DNA of 48,213 nt from Conidiobolus incongruus B7586 (taxonomy: Eukaryota). Shown in pieces: positions 12,007-25,028 of the stretch. The notes beneath the pieces were generated by a model, which was not told where the DNA came from, did no database searches, and was given only the letters and a program-made list of their open reading frames with translations. Where the stretch lies: contig JNEM01012480.1 in NCBI GenBank assembly GCA_000697335.1, positions 1-48,213 on the forward strand, read 5' to 3'. Position numbers and translations under genes: made by a program. Within the stretch, counting starts at the first letter, position 1, and each line of letters begins with the position of its first letter.

Positions 12007-13764
12007 TTAGGAAGATACAAATCTATCCATATCAACCAGAAGCATGGGCTTAGGTAAGGAAATATCCGTATCAATTTTTTTATACCAGTTTTCGAAATTA
12101 GATACAACTTGAGCACTTCCCTCCCAATTAGACATAAAATGTTTGATTAATTCGAACAAATTTTGATACTCGTGATCAATTGATTTCCACTTCCACTTTC
12201 GTTTTCTATTTGATAATCCCTCACTTTGAATTTTATTCAAAGTTTTTAGCATTTGTAGGTAGCATAAACCAAGCTCATAAAAATATTCTATAGGGAATGG
12301 AGGTGTTAATCGTCGTTCAGAACTGTATTCATCGATTTGTTTGTCTTGGAAGAAATCTGCCTCGTCACTAATAAGTTTAAACCAATCCTGCAGTAATTTA
12401 AGCTGTTGATTACAAGCTTTCATTAAACTTTCAATACATTTAATTTTCAAATTCAAATTTTCGGAGTTTACCTCCTCATATGATATAATATATCTCAATA
12501 GTAATAATTTACCATTTAGCATGATTAAATAAGCTATAATACGCATAGTGTTAATAGGATCACTTAATCTATTTTTAACTAACAAGCATGTAGGATCATA
12601 TTTGATATTATCGGGTAATTTATCATACCAATCATCTAATGGCTGTAAAATTTTTTCAACTTCGTTCATATCATTTGGCGGTGAATTCCCAAATATAACT
12701 TTTGAGAGACCAGTAAGAATATACGCTAGCTTGGGGCACTGGATTAAAAAAGTATGATAATAGCGGGGTAAGCGAGATATAGATTGAACGATGATTGGCT
12801 GATCATAGTAAGTTCGACTTTTAATTTTAGATAGACCAGGATGAAATTCATAAGTAGGTAAAAAAGATGGGCCGTTTAATACTTGAGCTATTTTGGTATC
12901 GGTAAAGCACATTATATTCCATATTCTTCGTATTGTATTAATTTGAGCTTCAGAATATCTTCGAAATAGTATAGATGATGGATCGTTAACCTCATGAAAG
13001 TGTAGAGTTTGAGCTAGTCGAATTGCGGAAGTCATTCGATCACTTGCTCTCATAAATCTGCCAATATATTTATCAGATTCCCAAAGGACTAAAAGAGCCT
13101 GAATTAAAGGAAGTGAAGGTCTGCTTAAATATGGTGCCATTTGTAGTAAGCTGAGGCGATAATGATATTCGTAAAACTTTAAATTTTTCATATGAAGCTC
13201 TTTATGGGGCGAGGTTAAAGAGCTATCTGCTATGATCGCACTAGTGAGATAATCTGGAGGGGGGCTGGTTTTAAAACAATCAAAAAATTCAGGTAATTCT
13301 ATAAGTCTGGGGAATTTGGTGTATTCATCGACAACGAAGTAATGAGGTATAAGTATCTGTCTATAATCAACAAAATCAACATACTGCTTTGGTACGTTTG
13401 GATATTTGGAAGTGTTTATCCTTAGAGCTACAGAAAGATCATTTCTAGATCTGGATTCAATGGAAGAATAATAGTGAGAATCAAATGCATTAGAATTGCG
13501 GGGTTCTGGTCCTATCTTATTCCTTCTGCTAAGATCCTCATTAATCAGTCTACTCACATAAGGCATATATGTTTTGAGAGTATGCTCCACACTATTCAAC
13601 TTGAGGTTCACTTTAGCAATCGCTGAGGAAGCTAAAAACTTGGGGGGCGGTCGGGGTTTTTTTGAGCTTTTATCAAAGGGATTCTTAAGCTCTGCAGTAG
13701 GGCCTGGCCTTTGTTGATCTGAATTTAGCTGAAAGGTATTAAACTGTCCTTGAATGCCTTTCAT
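12007..13764 (-). CDS. Fungal-specific transcription factor domain (Fungal_trans / fungal_TF_MHR) protein, paralogue 2, 585 aa, intronless, no Zn2Cys6 cluster
   Basis: ATG at 13764. MHR-like signature: LIQALLVLW...MTSAIRLAQTLHFHE...INTIRRIWNIMCFTDTKIAQVLNGPSFLP...LDDWYDKLP. Collinear with 4057-5793, with shared blocks GQFNTFQL, SAIAKVNL, PPPDYL, LIMLNGKL and PPFPIEYF. Confidence 0.87.
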   Translation of the reverse strand: MKGIQGQFNTFQLNSDQQRPGPTAELKNPFDKSSKKPRPPPKFLASSAIAKVNLKLNSVEHTLKTYMPYVSRLINEDLSRRNKIGPEPRNSNAFDSHYYSSIESRSRNDLSVALRINTSKYPNVPKQYVDFVDYRQILIPHYFVVDEYTKFPRLIELPEFFDCFKTSPPPDYLTSAIIADSSLTSPHKELHMKNLKFYEYHYRLSLLQMAPYLSRPSLPLIQALLVLWESDKYIGRFMRASDRMTSAIRLAQTLHFHEVNDPSSILFRRYSEAQINTIRRIWNIMCFTDTKIAQVLNGPSFLPTYEFHPGLSKIKSRTYYDQPIIVQSISRLPRYYHTFLIQCPKLAYILTGLSKVIFGNSPPNDMNEVEKILQPLDDWYDKLPDNIKYDPTCLLVKNRLSDPINTMRIIAYLIMLNGKLLLLRYIISYEEVNSENLNLKIKCIESLMKACNQQLKLLQDWFKLISDEADFFQDKQIDEYSSERRLTPPFPIEYFYELGLCYLQMLKTLNKIQSEGLSNRKRKWKWKSIDHEYQNLFELIKHFMSNWEGSAQVVSNFENWYKKIDTDISLPKPMLLVDMDRFVSS

Positions 13765-13948
13765 TTAGGTAGAATAAGAAAATATAAAAATACATAAGAC
13801 AATCACCTAATATAAGAATAATAGAGCTGAATTAGACCAAAAATAAGGGTCTAAAATCAAATCCGTTGGATATTAAAATTTGTTCGAGATATTTACAAAT
13901 ACTTAATTTTTATAAAAAAAATCAGAAATCTTATGAGCTCACCATTTC

Positions 13949-13956
13949 TATTTATA
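13949..13956 (-). promoter_or_regulatory. Putative TATA box (TATAAATA) of TF paralogue 2
   Basis: TATAAATA on the minus strand about 185 bp upstream of the ATG, with GAGCTC at 13935-13940, as in paralogue 1. Confidence 0.35.
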
Positions 13957-15179
13957 CTTGATCCATCTCAAAATTAAAATTAAAATTATTATGTTTCTAT
14001 TATTGGATAAATAGAAAATTTTAGAATATTGATTAAGTAAGATTTACAATTATGGTAATGTAAAATTTTTCTTAAATTTACAGGATTTAATGATTATGAT
14101 CTAAGCAATAATCCAGCAGATTAATACTGTGGAGGAATATCTCATGGTCCACCTATTCGGCTCAATTTCTACAAGTCAATTTTTATTTGAAAATGAGGTA
14201 ACTTGAGTTCAAATTAAAGAATGAGCAGAATTCATTATGGTGCAAAATTAATTTTGCATAAATTTTGGCACCTATCACATATTTTAATTGAGAGCAAATC
14301 AATAGATCTCAATAAAATTAAAGATTTTCCAATACCTAATGCAGTAATAGTTTCACAAATTTATTAATTATTTGATCCTTGTTAGTATTCGAGCAAATTC
14401 ATTGATAGCTGTAGAGATTCGAGCCAATTAATTATGTATATTCGCCGCAAATATATGCTTTAATATGTCTTGAATGTATGGTTCATCAAAATTGTTTTTA
14501 ATCTGAAATAAATTATAATTCAAAAATTAAATAGAATAAGGATTCAAAAATAGTTATTGACGAGTGCCAATGAAATAACTAGTATCGATTATGTATTGAA
14601 TCATTAAACTGAATATCTAATTATATATCGTCCTGCAAAGGTCTTGGGGAGTAATGTCAATTTTACAATATAATTTTTTCAAATAATATCCATTTATCAA
14701 GTAATTTGAATAAACTTAATCAATAAGCTTGTTATGAAGTTTTTTAAATTTATTAAACAATTGCGCATCTTATCGGAATTGGTAAAATGAATTCAAATAA
14801 ATTTAAGCTTAAAAAACAAGGTTTATTCATAATATATAATGTTCTATCAAAACATACAGTTTAATGCAGAAAATGTAAGTTGTTACAAATATTTGCGATA
14901 TGAGAAAATTGAAATTAAATCAATTAAAGTAAGGTATGTTGATATTGGATTGTAAAATTTTGTTCAACATTAAAAGGAAAACCGATTCAATTTGCGTAAA
15001 ATATCTTCAATAAAAATTATTCACACTCTGGCCACTTCCAAATTGAGAAATTCTCCAGTAATCAGTTTTTCACTTTTCTAAAATAAAATTAAACAGGTTT
15101 CCTATTTGGAACTCAAAAATTTTATAATAATTAAATCATAATTGAAATTTGAAAAAAAAATATAAGTGATTTATATATA

Positions 15180-15184
<5 letters not shown>

Positions 15185-15218
<34 letters not shown>
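15185..15218. repeat. (TA)17 microsatellite
   Basis: Read directly. Confidence 0.9.
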
Positions 15219-15220
<2 letters not shown>

Positions 15221-18200
15221 TATTATAGTAAATATATATTAGAGTAAAACAAACTTTCAAATATATTTTTAGATTTATTAAAAAGCCCACTGGCAAATAA
15301 TAATTTATCAATTAATACTTATAGACTTAAAAGGAATAATTATGTTAAAATAAATTTTCGGTATTATATGTTTCACATGTATCGTTTTGATGTATAAAAT
15401 TTATTAAGTACTTGAAATGATCTATAATTGAGTGTGTGACATGATAAAATTTATATCAATGTGGTAAAAGGGTTTGAGTATCTTGTTATAAAATTTAACA
15501 CACTAATATTATGGCTTTTATAAATTCATATTAGACTTAAACAATCGATTGCTTGAATATAATTGATTACATAAATTGAGCATCATTATGTTAAAAGTAT
15601 ATTTATCTATATAGTTCTACTTGGTCATTAAAATCTACTCATTAATAAAGGAAAACTGGTGGTATATGGTCCACTTATGGAAATAGTCCTTAGTGAAATA
15701 ATAAAACGAAGCTTTCTAGTGGATAGCCTTATGCCAATGCTCATGTGTAGGTTGATATATGGTTGATATTAAGCCATTTGGTTTAATTTATTTAGTCCTT
15801 AATAAACTTTTAACCACATATTTTGTGGATATTAATAAGAAAATAAATAAAAATTTTTATATAGTTTAAATATTTTAAAAAATTTTTTAATTAATATGAT
15901 AAATGAATAAGGAAAATAAATTCTCGATATCATTCATTATAGAATAAGATATTTTATTAATAAAAATTTTAAATAAAATCTATTATTCAATATTAATATG
16001 AAAAAAATGTATTTTTTAATCAAGTATTTGAATTAAATTGTCGCAAAAAAAAGCTCATTAGAAAATGAATTTACCCTTATTTTAAAGTAATGCATGAAAA
16101 ATAAAGCGTATCACGAGGTTTAAGGAACATTTAGTATTAAATAAAATTTTAATTGAGGGCATTATATATATATATATTTTAAAACTTTAAAATTGGTGAT
16201 AAATATTTTTATATTGATTTAATTATTATTAAATCATAAAAAAAATTATAATAGTAATAAAAACGAAACTTTTTTTTATAAAATTAATTTTAATAATTAA
16301 TTTAATATAAATCATATATAATTAATCTTTCCTTAAAATTTATTTTTTCCGTGATTAAATTATGCAATTATTGATTTTCTTTTAAAATTTCTTTATATGG
16401 GATATAAAAGAAAAAAAAATTAATTAAATTTAGTATTAATTAGCGAATTAAATATAAAATTAAAATTATAATAATAAAATAATTTTAATAAAATTAGTTA
16501 ATTTGCTTTAATAAAAGTTCTTTAAATAATTTTGTTAATATTTTTAATTCTAAAAAAAATCATACCATTGAAGTGTATGTACTTAGAATTGATGCATTTT
16601 TAACTTAAATGTTAAATTTGAATCATAATTTTTTAATTTTTACTTTAAGTAATTCAAAGTTGTAACCAAATATGTTGAAAATATCTTTCCCTACATAATA
16701 TCAATTGATCGATGGTCTCTACAACTAAATATACATAGTTGAAGAACACATATAAAATTAACAGTTATGATAGATAGCTATTATTAGTTAAACATTGATA
16801 TACATCGATGTTTATTATAGTGGATATTGATTGTATACGTATTCTTACTTATTCCCTCTTTAAATCATTAATAATATTTACAAAAAAATATAGTAAATAT
16901 TTATATTTCTCGGTTTTATTACTATATTTTATTGTTTTTGGCTAGATTTTAAAGAGCAGAACATTTACTCTTAGTAAAACTTGTTTATTATTATATTATT
17001 ATGTTTTATAACTACCATGTTGGCATAAAAATAAACAGATTTGAAACTAATTTTTTATATTGACATCTATTGTTTGTTTGAGGGTTGCAGGTCAGCATAG
17101 AATCATATTATACAACACTATTTATTGAAAAGCTTAAAAACTATGTTTCAAAACTGCACTTAATTACAGATCCGATATATTCATTTTTTTAGTAATGCAG
17201 CTTGTTTGGGGGTAGAGTTAATATATTACCTGTCTTAAATATTGAAACAAGGTAAAATGCCTGTTTTATGAAATGAATCATAATACCTCAGTAAGCTTTG
17301 ACAATTGCGTAATCCATATTGCATAACTTGGATGAGAAAGTCACATTCAATGTTGATTTATGGGTCCCTGAATTAAATTTAAAAATGCATAATTTTTATT
17401 ATTCAAAATTGTATATGTATAAAATATATTAATATATATAATTATATTTCTGAGTCGAGTTATAAACGTTGATTTATATATACATTTTGAGTGTTATAAA
17501 AAAGCTATATTTGATATTTTTGATGTGAATATATATATATATATATATTGAATTTTATAATTCAAAATTTGAAAATAAAATTTTTATTATTTAATTAATT
17601 CACAACTTGAATAATTATATAAAAAAATATCTTTGGATATACTGAAAACGTAATAAGAATTTGCATAATCAAAAATCCAGATTTTTTGTTTCTTATTATA
17701 TATACCAAATCAAATTAAGTTGTTAATAGTGACTGTTCCAAAAAAATAGGGATTATTAGTGAAATTTTTAATTTAATATTGTTTTAGAATCAAGAACAAA
17801 TTGAATTAATGCATTTGATTTAAATATTGTTATTTGAATTGATATACTTCTCTTTGCACTACAATCAATTTTATAATGAACAATTTTCTTATTATTAATT
17901 AATTGTTTTTCCAGGATATTGATATAGTTTGCAGTTTTCATGATTTGAATTATGCTTATCCCCAACATTGAAATTACAATATTATTTATTATATTAATTT
18001 TCTAGTATGAAAAATAAATTTTTCCTTAATAACAGTAAACGAGTATCTATTAATATATAAGATACTCTTATTTTAATTAATTGATGTGTGCTTAATATTA
18101 ATAACATTGACATTGTTTATTATATTATTCTTAATAGTTTTCCTTATCAATTTAATAAATTAAAAAAATACTACTTATATTCATTTAAATTGCATAAATA

Positions 18201-21200
18201 AATTAGAAAAGTTATTATAAATAATCAAATAATGTAAAAATTACATGAGAATAAGTGAATAGAAGTTGGATATATATTCTCAACATTAATTTATATCCTT
18301 TAGATATTCAATTTTACAATTTATCAGATTTTAATTAATAAAATAAGAATATGCTAGAAAAATGCTAGATGTAATTAATGTAAATATAATTAGTCATTAT
18401 CAAATTTTATAAAAAATGCATTTCACCTTATTCAAGATTGATTATTAAAGTTAAAAAGAAATATTTTTTATGAAATACTTGAATCATAATATTTAATAAA
18501 AGACATAATCAATTGCCAAGATTATTATAATGATGATATTAAGTTCATTAATCCCCTTAACTCCTTCTCGGTTATTAATAAATCATACAAGATTATTGAT
18601 AATTTTTTTAAAAAATTAGTTTCAATTAATGAGAATTACAAAACATTTACATCGAATTTAGAAGAAAAATTTCCCTTAGGATAATTGATATTAAGTCTGG
18701 AATATTATTATATTAAAAAAATTTTCAATTTAAATCCTAAACCTTTCAAAAAGAAAATTAATTTACATAATAATTTTAAAAGATTAAAATTGATTTTTAA
18801 TCACTCTTTTCTTAATTTGAGCAAATATTGTTTTTAAACCAATACAAAGTAAATTCTCAATAATTTGAAATTTAAGTCAATATATTAAATTTTTTGATAG
18901 TTAATCATTACTTATTCATCTGCTTTCAAGTTTGAATTGACGAATCTGATATTTTATATTCATTCTGAATGTGTAAGTGATAATACATTGATTTGATTTA
19001 TATTACTTTTACAATCTACTCCATTTAAATTTAAAAAAATCGATTTTAGCTCCATTCAAATTTTAATAGCAATAATATTTCTCACAGGGGGTAAAAAGGT
19101 AATTTTGAGAAAAATTTAGTTTAACCTCTATAAAGAGGAAATAAATTAGTATATTGATTCCTTTCATTATCCGGTAAAAATTTACATTCAAATTAAATAA
19201 ATAAATTACTTAGATTAATTATTTATTTTGATTCATCATAAAATGGTGTTTGAATTCAGGTTGTAGTATCATAAAATAAGAGAATCATATTGTAAAGATT
19301 ATACTATTTAAAAAGTTTACTTATTTCCTGGAATAATTTGATAGAATCACTTGATACTTCTTAAATATTACTCTTTTAAAGAATTAATGGATGAATAAAA
19401 TTAATTTTTAATTAGGTATTCGATAGTATGTGTTTGAAGTTTGTATTTATGCGATAAAGAAATGAAATGTGATTAAATCACAAATGATATTGACATTTTT
19501 GATATATATATAAATTTTGATTTCAATATTAGTGTATTGTATATGAACAAATGAATAAAGCTTATTCAATTATCAAGTCAGATATTTTAAAATTCTGCTG
19601 TAACTGTATATCATTTATATCTTTTATAATATGAATACATTTGGTAATATTACCATTATTGAGGATATATATATATATATGTTTCATGTATTACACTATA
19701 TCTTGGAATTAAAGTTAGAATATTAAACACAACATTATTTATACATTCAAATGCTTATATTAAATGATAATACCAACATCGTTTAAAAAATGGAATATTA
19801 CAGTATAAATCAAAAACTTCAAGTTGATCAATATTGTAATCATAATATTTCACAATTTTAACTTATTTAAAACAATAATTTAATTAAAGCATTGAAAAAT
19901 AATATTTAGAGAATATAGTTAATTAATATATGCCTATTTGTATTCAAAATTCTGGTATGGATATTTTTGTGTCAGTAACATTATTATGCTAGAAAAATGA
20001 ATATTAATAGTGTATTTAAATTGAATGCAGTGTATTGATTCTTTTATTGATATTATTAAATATAAATTTCTTATATCATATTTATAATATGTAAAATTTT
20101 ACATAATTATATTATTATAGATTATTATTCACTTTAATATGATTAAATTTATTAAAATATTATATATTATTAGTTTATTTTGCATGTTTTTCCGAAAATC
20201 TTGCTACGGATTCACATCCAAATATGGTATTATAACATTCTAATTTTGGTATCTTTTAAAGTGAAAAACATCGAAACATGCTATATGAACTATAATATCA
20301 GTTTCAATATAGATTTTAAATAAATTGAATTTAATGTGATGCAATATTAGCATATTTAATAAGAGAACTATGAGGTAATAACCAAATATTGAGATTAAAT
20401 TAACCTATTTTAAACAAATACACGAGAACAATAAGTTAATTATAGGTATCCTTATTGTTTAAGTTATGAGGAACTCAGCCAAAAATGGATTATTTATCGA
20501 ATTGCTGTCAATTGTACACTCAAATTTATGAGTCATAAATTTTGAACTATTAAGACCAAATTAAAACATTTTTGAAATGGTTTAATTAACAAATTACAGG
20601 ATATTTACCCTAAAATTTAAAATTTTATATGTTTCGGTTAATGAACGAATGCGGTTCAATTCTTTTTTTCTGAAACATCATATTAGTGTATTATTATGAA
20701 CTTAAACAGTTTCGAAAAAAAAGATTGTAAATACAATATTTTTCTATATTATAGTATTAAATTAACAAAATATACTATTATAAAATAAATAATAGATTTA
20801 TTAATAAAGATATTTTTATTGTTATATCTCAATTCATTCTTAAATCACAACAAATAACAGACATAATTCTTTATCCAATTTTCTAATACAAAATTTATAG
20901 TTTTTAAAACTTTTAAAAATTAATTTATAATAATAATAATAATAATATGGAAATTTGAGGAATTGAATAATGTATTAATATTGTTTTATAATAATATTAA
21001 TTTATTTGTTAGATTAATAAAGTATATTCCACAAAAAAATGCAAAATTATAATTTATGATTCTGATTTAAACTTACAAATTATTTCACTTGTAATTATGA
21101 GAATGAGGTGTAAAATTTATTTTTTTTCCAAATGTTATATTGGATTCATAATAATTTTAAACGGATAAACATTCAATGGAAATATCTTTGGTTAATTCCT

Positions 21201-23143
21201 AATTTTATCATATATATAATTTTTCCATAAGTAAATGCTTTATATCATTCACACAAATTTAAATCCACATAATTTTATATAATGCCATGTTTTTTGAAGA
21301 TTGTACGCGTTAAAAACTGAAACATTTAATCAATTTAGCATGAGCCAAACTAAATTTAATTATATTAAATTGATCATTTCCATAGTAATGCCGAGTAAAG
21401 GGAAAAAGCATGAATAGTTAATAAAAATATATTTTAATACGACTTAAATAAATTAGAAAAAATTTTTTAAAATCAAAATTTAATCGAATTATTTATTTGG
21501 GTTATTATTATTTAAATTATAAAAAAAATATTATTATTTGAATTATATTTAAAAAAATTAATTATAAACATTATATAAAATTATAATATAAGATTATTAG
21601 CCATTCTTATGATTACTACTCCTTTTCAATTTTCTGTAATACATAATTTAGTGAATTCTATCTTTTTAGAGAACGGCATTGTATTCTATTTTTTTGAGAA
21701 TGATATTAAAAGTATTATCTAATATAAATTTACTATGAAACAAAAAGTTAGCTATTCAGCTTTCTTATAAATCGAGGATATATTGGTAATAGTTATCTAA
21801 AATATAATAGATAATAGATTATATTTATTGTTCAAAATATAATAAATTATAAAAATTATTTATTATTTCAAAAAGTTATTATTGAATTCAAATAAATTAA
21901 TTTCTTATTATTCAAAAAAATTTTTTAATATAATTAAATATATTAAAATTGAGAATAAAAAAGAATTCATTTTAATTCTCTCTCTCTATATATAATAAAA
22001 TAACTATTCAATTACAATTATTAATATTATATTCTTTATAATTTCTTACTGCATAAAAAAATTGAAAAAAAATCAAACGTGCAAAATCGTTTAAATCAGT
22101 TCAAGCATAGTCAATACCTTTTTTAGAATCACCCATATTAGTGTGATACAATTTGAAAAATTATAAGTTTGGAATATAATGTTATAATTTTTATTTATTA
22201 AAAATTATCTGATGTTTATATATTATGGAAAACGATTTTCAATTTCAATAGAATAAGTAATTTTCACAGTGTTTTAACTTTTGGATGATTTAAACTCTAA
22301 TTCTTTTTTTCATTTTAATTAAATTTGACAAAGTACACAATTAGTAAATTTAAATCTAATCAAGTATTCTGTGTGAATCCACTTAGATAAATATAATACA
22401 ATTTGATCCTATATTATTTTAAATTTACTAAATCAATTATCATTGAAATTCTTTATTAAGGAAGTTATAGAAATAACTTCTCATTATAAATTTTCTAATT
22501 TTTTATTTAATTAATTTTAATGTCTATTAAATCATTCAATATTTGGCAAACTAAGAATATTAATGTTTAATAATACTGATTCAATTAAATATGCGTGTAA
22601 TTCTAATATCTAAATATCATTCAAGAATGATTTGATCAATCCATTTTGAAGGGAACATCGTATGTTGAAGTTATTTGTATAAAGAAAATAAATTAATAAC
22701 TTACATACTCTAATAGTGTTAGTCTCTTTCAACATCTTGATTTATTCAACAATATCTCTTGCATTTTATAATTGTACCAAAAAATACTATTTATCTTTTA
22801 GCTTTATAAAATTCCTGAAACTGATTAATATGAAATTTAAATGTAATTGTATTGAACTAAAAACCTATAGCTATATTAAAGTATGACAGTATAATATATA
22901 CTTAAATATAAAGGTTAAAATCAGTTTAATTTAGTTTTTTTAATATGCTTTAAATTTGTTGGAAGTTATTTTTTATTCAATTTATATAATTGAAAAATAT
23001 TACTTTATGTAAATTTGTTTTTTTTGAATAATGATTTCTCAATCAAAATTTATTCTCTCTTGTATTAAAAAAATAATCAGATAGTATTTTATATAATTAA
23101 TTTTAAAAATGACTTGGATATAATTTGAAATTTATTGAAAAAA

Positions 23144-23857
23144 TTACTGAAATAAGCTCCAATCTTTAATATTTAAATTTTTGGCAATAAAATATAATTG
23201 CTCTTTGATAGGGCTGAAGTCGGTTGTATCATTAAGCTCAGAAGGAATTTGCCAAGTCACAAGTAGATCGGTAACTACTTCAGGTAATCTAATTACAAGT
23301 AAATAGATGTGTAATTTAGTCGGTGTCCATTCTTGTTTTCTTGGTTGAATAATTTGGGTACCGTAAATGTAGAAAGCTTGAATACTGTGACCACTATCAA
23401 TATATAATTAAAATATCACGCAAATATAAATCGATATAAAATGTAAGATTACTTGAAATGGGGCAATTCATTGGAATCAATATTAATTAATTCGTGGATA
23501 TTTATAGACCCTTGATCAGCATCATTATCATCAGCTATCTGATAAAAATGAAATCTGTTAATAGGAATAAATTCAATATAATTATTGAAACAAAATAAAT
23601 ATGTAAAATGTAATTACTTTGGAATATTGTCGTCAACTACACTATTATCAGCTTCGAGTAGTTCAATTATAATGCTTTGATTGGTTGGATTTTGATCAGC
23701 AAATACTTCTTGATTATCTGGAACCTCTCTGACCAGACTAAAATTCAAGAAATGATGATTTATATGAATTAGATACTGACTGTAATAATATTTACCTAAT
23801 ATCCAAAAAATGTTCTGGTACAGGTGCTTCAATTGCTCCTCCGAATAATTGTGTCAT
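23144..23857 (-). CDS. MOG1: Ran guanine nucleotide release factor (Mog1/PsbP-like), 177 aa, 4 exons: 23857-23796, 23737-23618, 23554-23453, 23393-23144
   Basis: Three GT-AG introns (58, 63, 59 nt) give an open spliced frame: MTQLFGGAIEAPVPEHFLDISLVREVPDNQEVFADQ...QSIIIELLE...KFHFYQIADDN...LLVIRLPEVVTDLLVT...LNIKDWSLFQ*. The motifs LFGGAI, REVPDNQEVF, SIIIELLE and IKDWSLF are typical of Mog1. Confidence 0.92.
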
Positions 23858-24618
23858 TTTAATTTCTTAATTCAATTTTTTATATATAATTTTGAATTTG
23901 TTAATAATCAAAGCTTGATTTAATTTAATTAAATTTATAAATCAATTATATTTATGGGATATTTTTTTTCAATTATTTGAATTAATGTTTTTTTACTTCA
24001 TTTTGATTATTTTTAAAATGATTTTTCCTTTGTTTGAAAAATATATTAAATAAGATTAAATAACTTTTAATCTTGTATACTAAGAAAGATCAATATGATG
24101 TACTATTTTACCTATTTTCATGGAATAATGTTATTTTAAAATATATTCATTTTTTCAATAAAAATTTTAGCTGAATTGAATTAAATATCAATAAATGATC
24201 ATTAAGCAAATATGAAAATTAAATTATTAAAAGGCCAAATTACACTGTAATAATAAAATTTTAAATGGTTATACTACATCTCAAAACCAATATTTTATTT
24301 CTAATTATAATTTAGAATCAGGTTATATATATTTACTAATTTACTTTAATTGATATCTTATTCATTTATCACTTTATGATAGCACAAATTTTAATAATTT
24401 TACCAGGTATTAAATTATTAGTCAAAAGAAAAATATTGCAAATTTTTCAATTTCTGTTTTTCAAACATATTGCTAGTTTTGAAAATTAATTATATATAAA
24501 ATATATAGGGGAGTTAGTTTTTTTTTCAAAAAATATACATATATATAGTCTATAATCAACTTTCCTTTAAAATATTTTTATTCAAAAATTTAAGGTTAAA
24601 TTAAATATTAATTAAATT

Positions 24619-25017
24619 TGTTAAAAGACTAGTTCTTTAAATTCTTATATACACTTTCATATAATCCAATAAACTATAAATTATATGATTAATTTATACT
24701 TATATAGTTAAATTAATTGTATAAATAGTATTGAATTATTTAATAAATTAGGTTTTTCTTTTTCTTCTCAATTCTTACTATTTTTTACTTTTACATTATT
24801 TTTAAGATTGAGACTATATTCTATTAATATTGTAAGATATTAACACTACCTAATATAAATTTTAATATATTAGTGACTTATCCTAGTTTAAAGCTTAATT
24901 AAACTTTGTTTACACTTGCACACTATAGCTATATTATATTACTACATTCTACACCATACTATTTTTATATTAAGTTTTCCTCTACACTATATTAGTTTAA
25001 CTACCACTATATTTATA
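24619..25017 (+). repeat. 5' LTR of Gypsy A1 (399 bp)
   Basis: Begins TGTTA and aligns without gaps to 29935-30333. Confidence 0.93.
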
Positions 25018-25028
25018 TAGTAACAGTG
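25018..25028 (+). other. Degenerate primer-binding site of Gypsy A1 (ancestral about TGGTAGCAG, initiator tRNA-Met type)
   Basis: TAGTAACAGTG directly follows the LTR, and copy A2 has TAGTAGTAAC. Reverting G->A and C->T gives TGGTAGCAGC, complementary to an AGCAG...CUGCUACCA initiator tRNA. Confidence 0.6.

Noticed and set aside
11841..12116. 91 aa minus-strand ORF
   Set aside because: Alternate frame overlapping the 3' end of paralogue 2, with composition typical of AT-rich non-coding DNA.
12548..12757. 69 aa plus-strand ORF
   Set aside because: Antisense shadow inside paralogue 2.
17768..17968. 66 aa minus-strand ORF
   Set aside because: I/N/K-rich with no motif; I could not build a spliced gene around it.
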